Source of the DNA: Bellilinea caldifistulae
GTDB lineage: Bacteria > Chloroflexota > Anaerolineae > Anaerolineales > Anaerolineaceae
Direction of reading: 5' to 3'
NCBI RefSeq assembly: GCF_001306055.1
Contig: NZ_LGHJ01000025.1
Location: forward strand, 1 to 14,285
Length of the DNA: 14,285 nucleotides
Shown: positions 13,485-14,285 of the stretch, one piece after another
Layout: every line of letters starts with the position of its first letter
Numbering within the stretch: position 1 is the first letter of the stretch
Position numbers and translations under genes: made by a program
The notes under the pieces: generated by a model
Told to the model about the DNA's origin: nothing
The model's input: only the letters and a program-made list of their open reading frames with translations
The model's database searches: none

Positions 13485-14222
13485 CTACCGATAAAATGAT
13501 TTGACTTGTTGATATGCTTCTATTATTTGTCTGTACAATGCTGTCTGTCTAATGATTGTATAATCTTTTGCGGGTGATTTGCTTTTTATCAGGGCATCCG
13601 GCAGCGGGCCAGGTAATCTACCCCCTGACGGGAAAATTTTTGTCCAATCTGTTCGGCGGTTAAGGGCGCTGCCGTTTTCCGTCGCCTGCCAGTTTTCAGG
13701 GTCGAACCGCCACTTTCCGATTAATTCGCCGGCAGGGTTGAATGCCAGTAGATGCTGATAGCGTTCGTCCAGTGAGTAGATGATCTTGCCGTCATCACTC
13801 CAGGCCGGGGGGAGAAAACTTCCCTCGTCCAGTCTTTGAAGTTCACCGGAATTAATTTCCACCACAAATGTGCTGCGTTCTTTTTCATCTTTCAGGAAGC
13901 CGGTAACTGCGATCGTATTCTGAAAGGGTGACCAGACCGGCGCGCTGGGGTTGTGGATGACTGAAATTCTGGCAATCCGATCAATTTGACGCAGATCCAC
14001 CCAGCGCAGTTCTGTTTTGATGCTCCCCGGCGGCTGGTAGAGGTAGGCAAACTGGTTGCCGTCCGCCGACCTGCCGCAGTAAAAACCGGCCGAACCAATA
14101 TCGAGCATCCCTAAAAAGCCGAGAGGCGAATAGATATCAATCCAATAGCCGCTGGACGGAGAGAGTTGAAAAATCAAGCGTAATACGCCGAGCAGGCTGT
14201 TTGAGGGGTGGAAAAGCCGCAC
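13485..14222 (-). CDS. PD40/TolB-like beta-propeller repeat protein (start uncertain, possibly truncated)
   Basis: Repeated PD40-like strings (RSADGNQFAYL, APVWSPFQNTIAV, PPAWSDDGKIIYS). The ORF opens with GTG 14222; an alternative ATG lies at 14108. No convincing signal peptide. The stop TAG (13487-13485) is only 15 nt upstream of the rhodopsin ATG. Confidence 0.5.
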   Translation of the reverse strand: MRLFHPSNSLLGVLRLIFQLSPSSGYWIDIYSPLGFLGMLDIGSAGFYCGRSADGNQFAYLYQPPGSIKTELRWVDLRQIDRIARISVIHNPSAPVWSPFQNTIAVTGFLKDEKERSTFVVEINSGELQRLDEGSFLPPAWSDDGKIIYSLDERYQHLLAFNPAGELIGKWRFDPENWQATENGSALNRRTDWTKIFPSGGRLPGPLPDALIKSKSPAKDYTIIRQTALYRQIIEAYQQVKSFYR

Positions 14223-14285
14223 CCGATGGGGTATCCACCCTAAAATAAAGGGGCTGTGTATCTTGATTTGACCTCTTCACCTCCA

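Noticed and set aside
1-14285. tRNA, rRNA, transposase/integrase genes, or prophage or defence-island signatures
   Set aside because: I scanned the intergenic regions (270-1117, 7542-8022, 8530-8731, 9422-9514, 11587-11823, 12544-12659). I found no cloverleaf-like sequences, T-loop consensus or IS-type inverted repeats, and no ORF with recombinase or known defence-protein motifs.

Overview
Bacterial chromosomal window; the taxon cannot be fixed from the sequence alone. Genes are GC-rich by eye, separated by several AT-rich or repeat-filled intergenic islands. All functional calls rest on motif recognition and recalled family signatures; no searches were run.

I support 13 protein-coding genes:
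- stand-alone LuxR/GerE HTH regulator
- secreted CAP/SCP-domain protein
- CcrM-family N6-adenine DNA methyltransferase with no restriction partner
- M3B oligoendopeptidase F
- small, low-GC GIY-YIG nuclease-domain protein
- deoxynucleoside kinase
- Pol-beta-fold nucleotidyltransferase-domain protein
- CxxCH heme-binding-domain membrane protein
- lipoprotein
- PucC/LhaA (BCD) family MFS transporter
- RecO
- polytopic membrane protein of unknown function
- microbial rhodopsin with the NDQ (Na+-pump type) motif, translationally close to an upstream PD40-like beta-propeller gene

The most unusual content is non-genic:
1. A 7.6-copy tandem array of an 84/93-nt unit (5091-5775). Each unit can fold into two hairpins, and unit-to-unit variation is wobble-compatible on the + strand. 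Related solo copies lie at 919-992 and 11685-11738.
2. A 52-nt tandem array (545-773) with a nested 18-nt sub-repeat. Every unit opens with a GANTC site, the expected target of the nearby CcrM-like enzyme.
3. A dense DnaA-box cluster (about 7600-7975) containing a helically phased run of same-orientation boxes, with no dnaA or dnaN in the window.

I saw no CRISPR array, tRNA, rRNA, transposase, integrase or recognisable defence operon.
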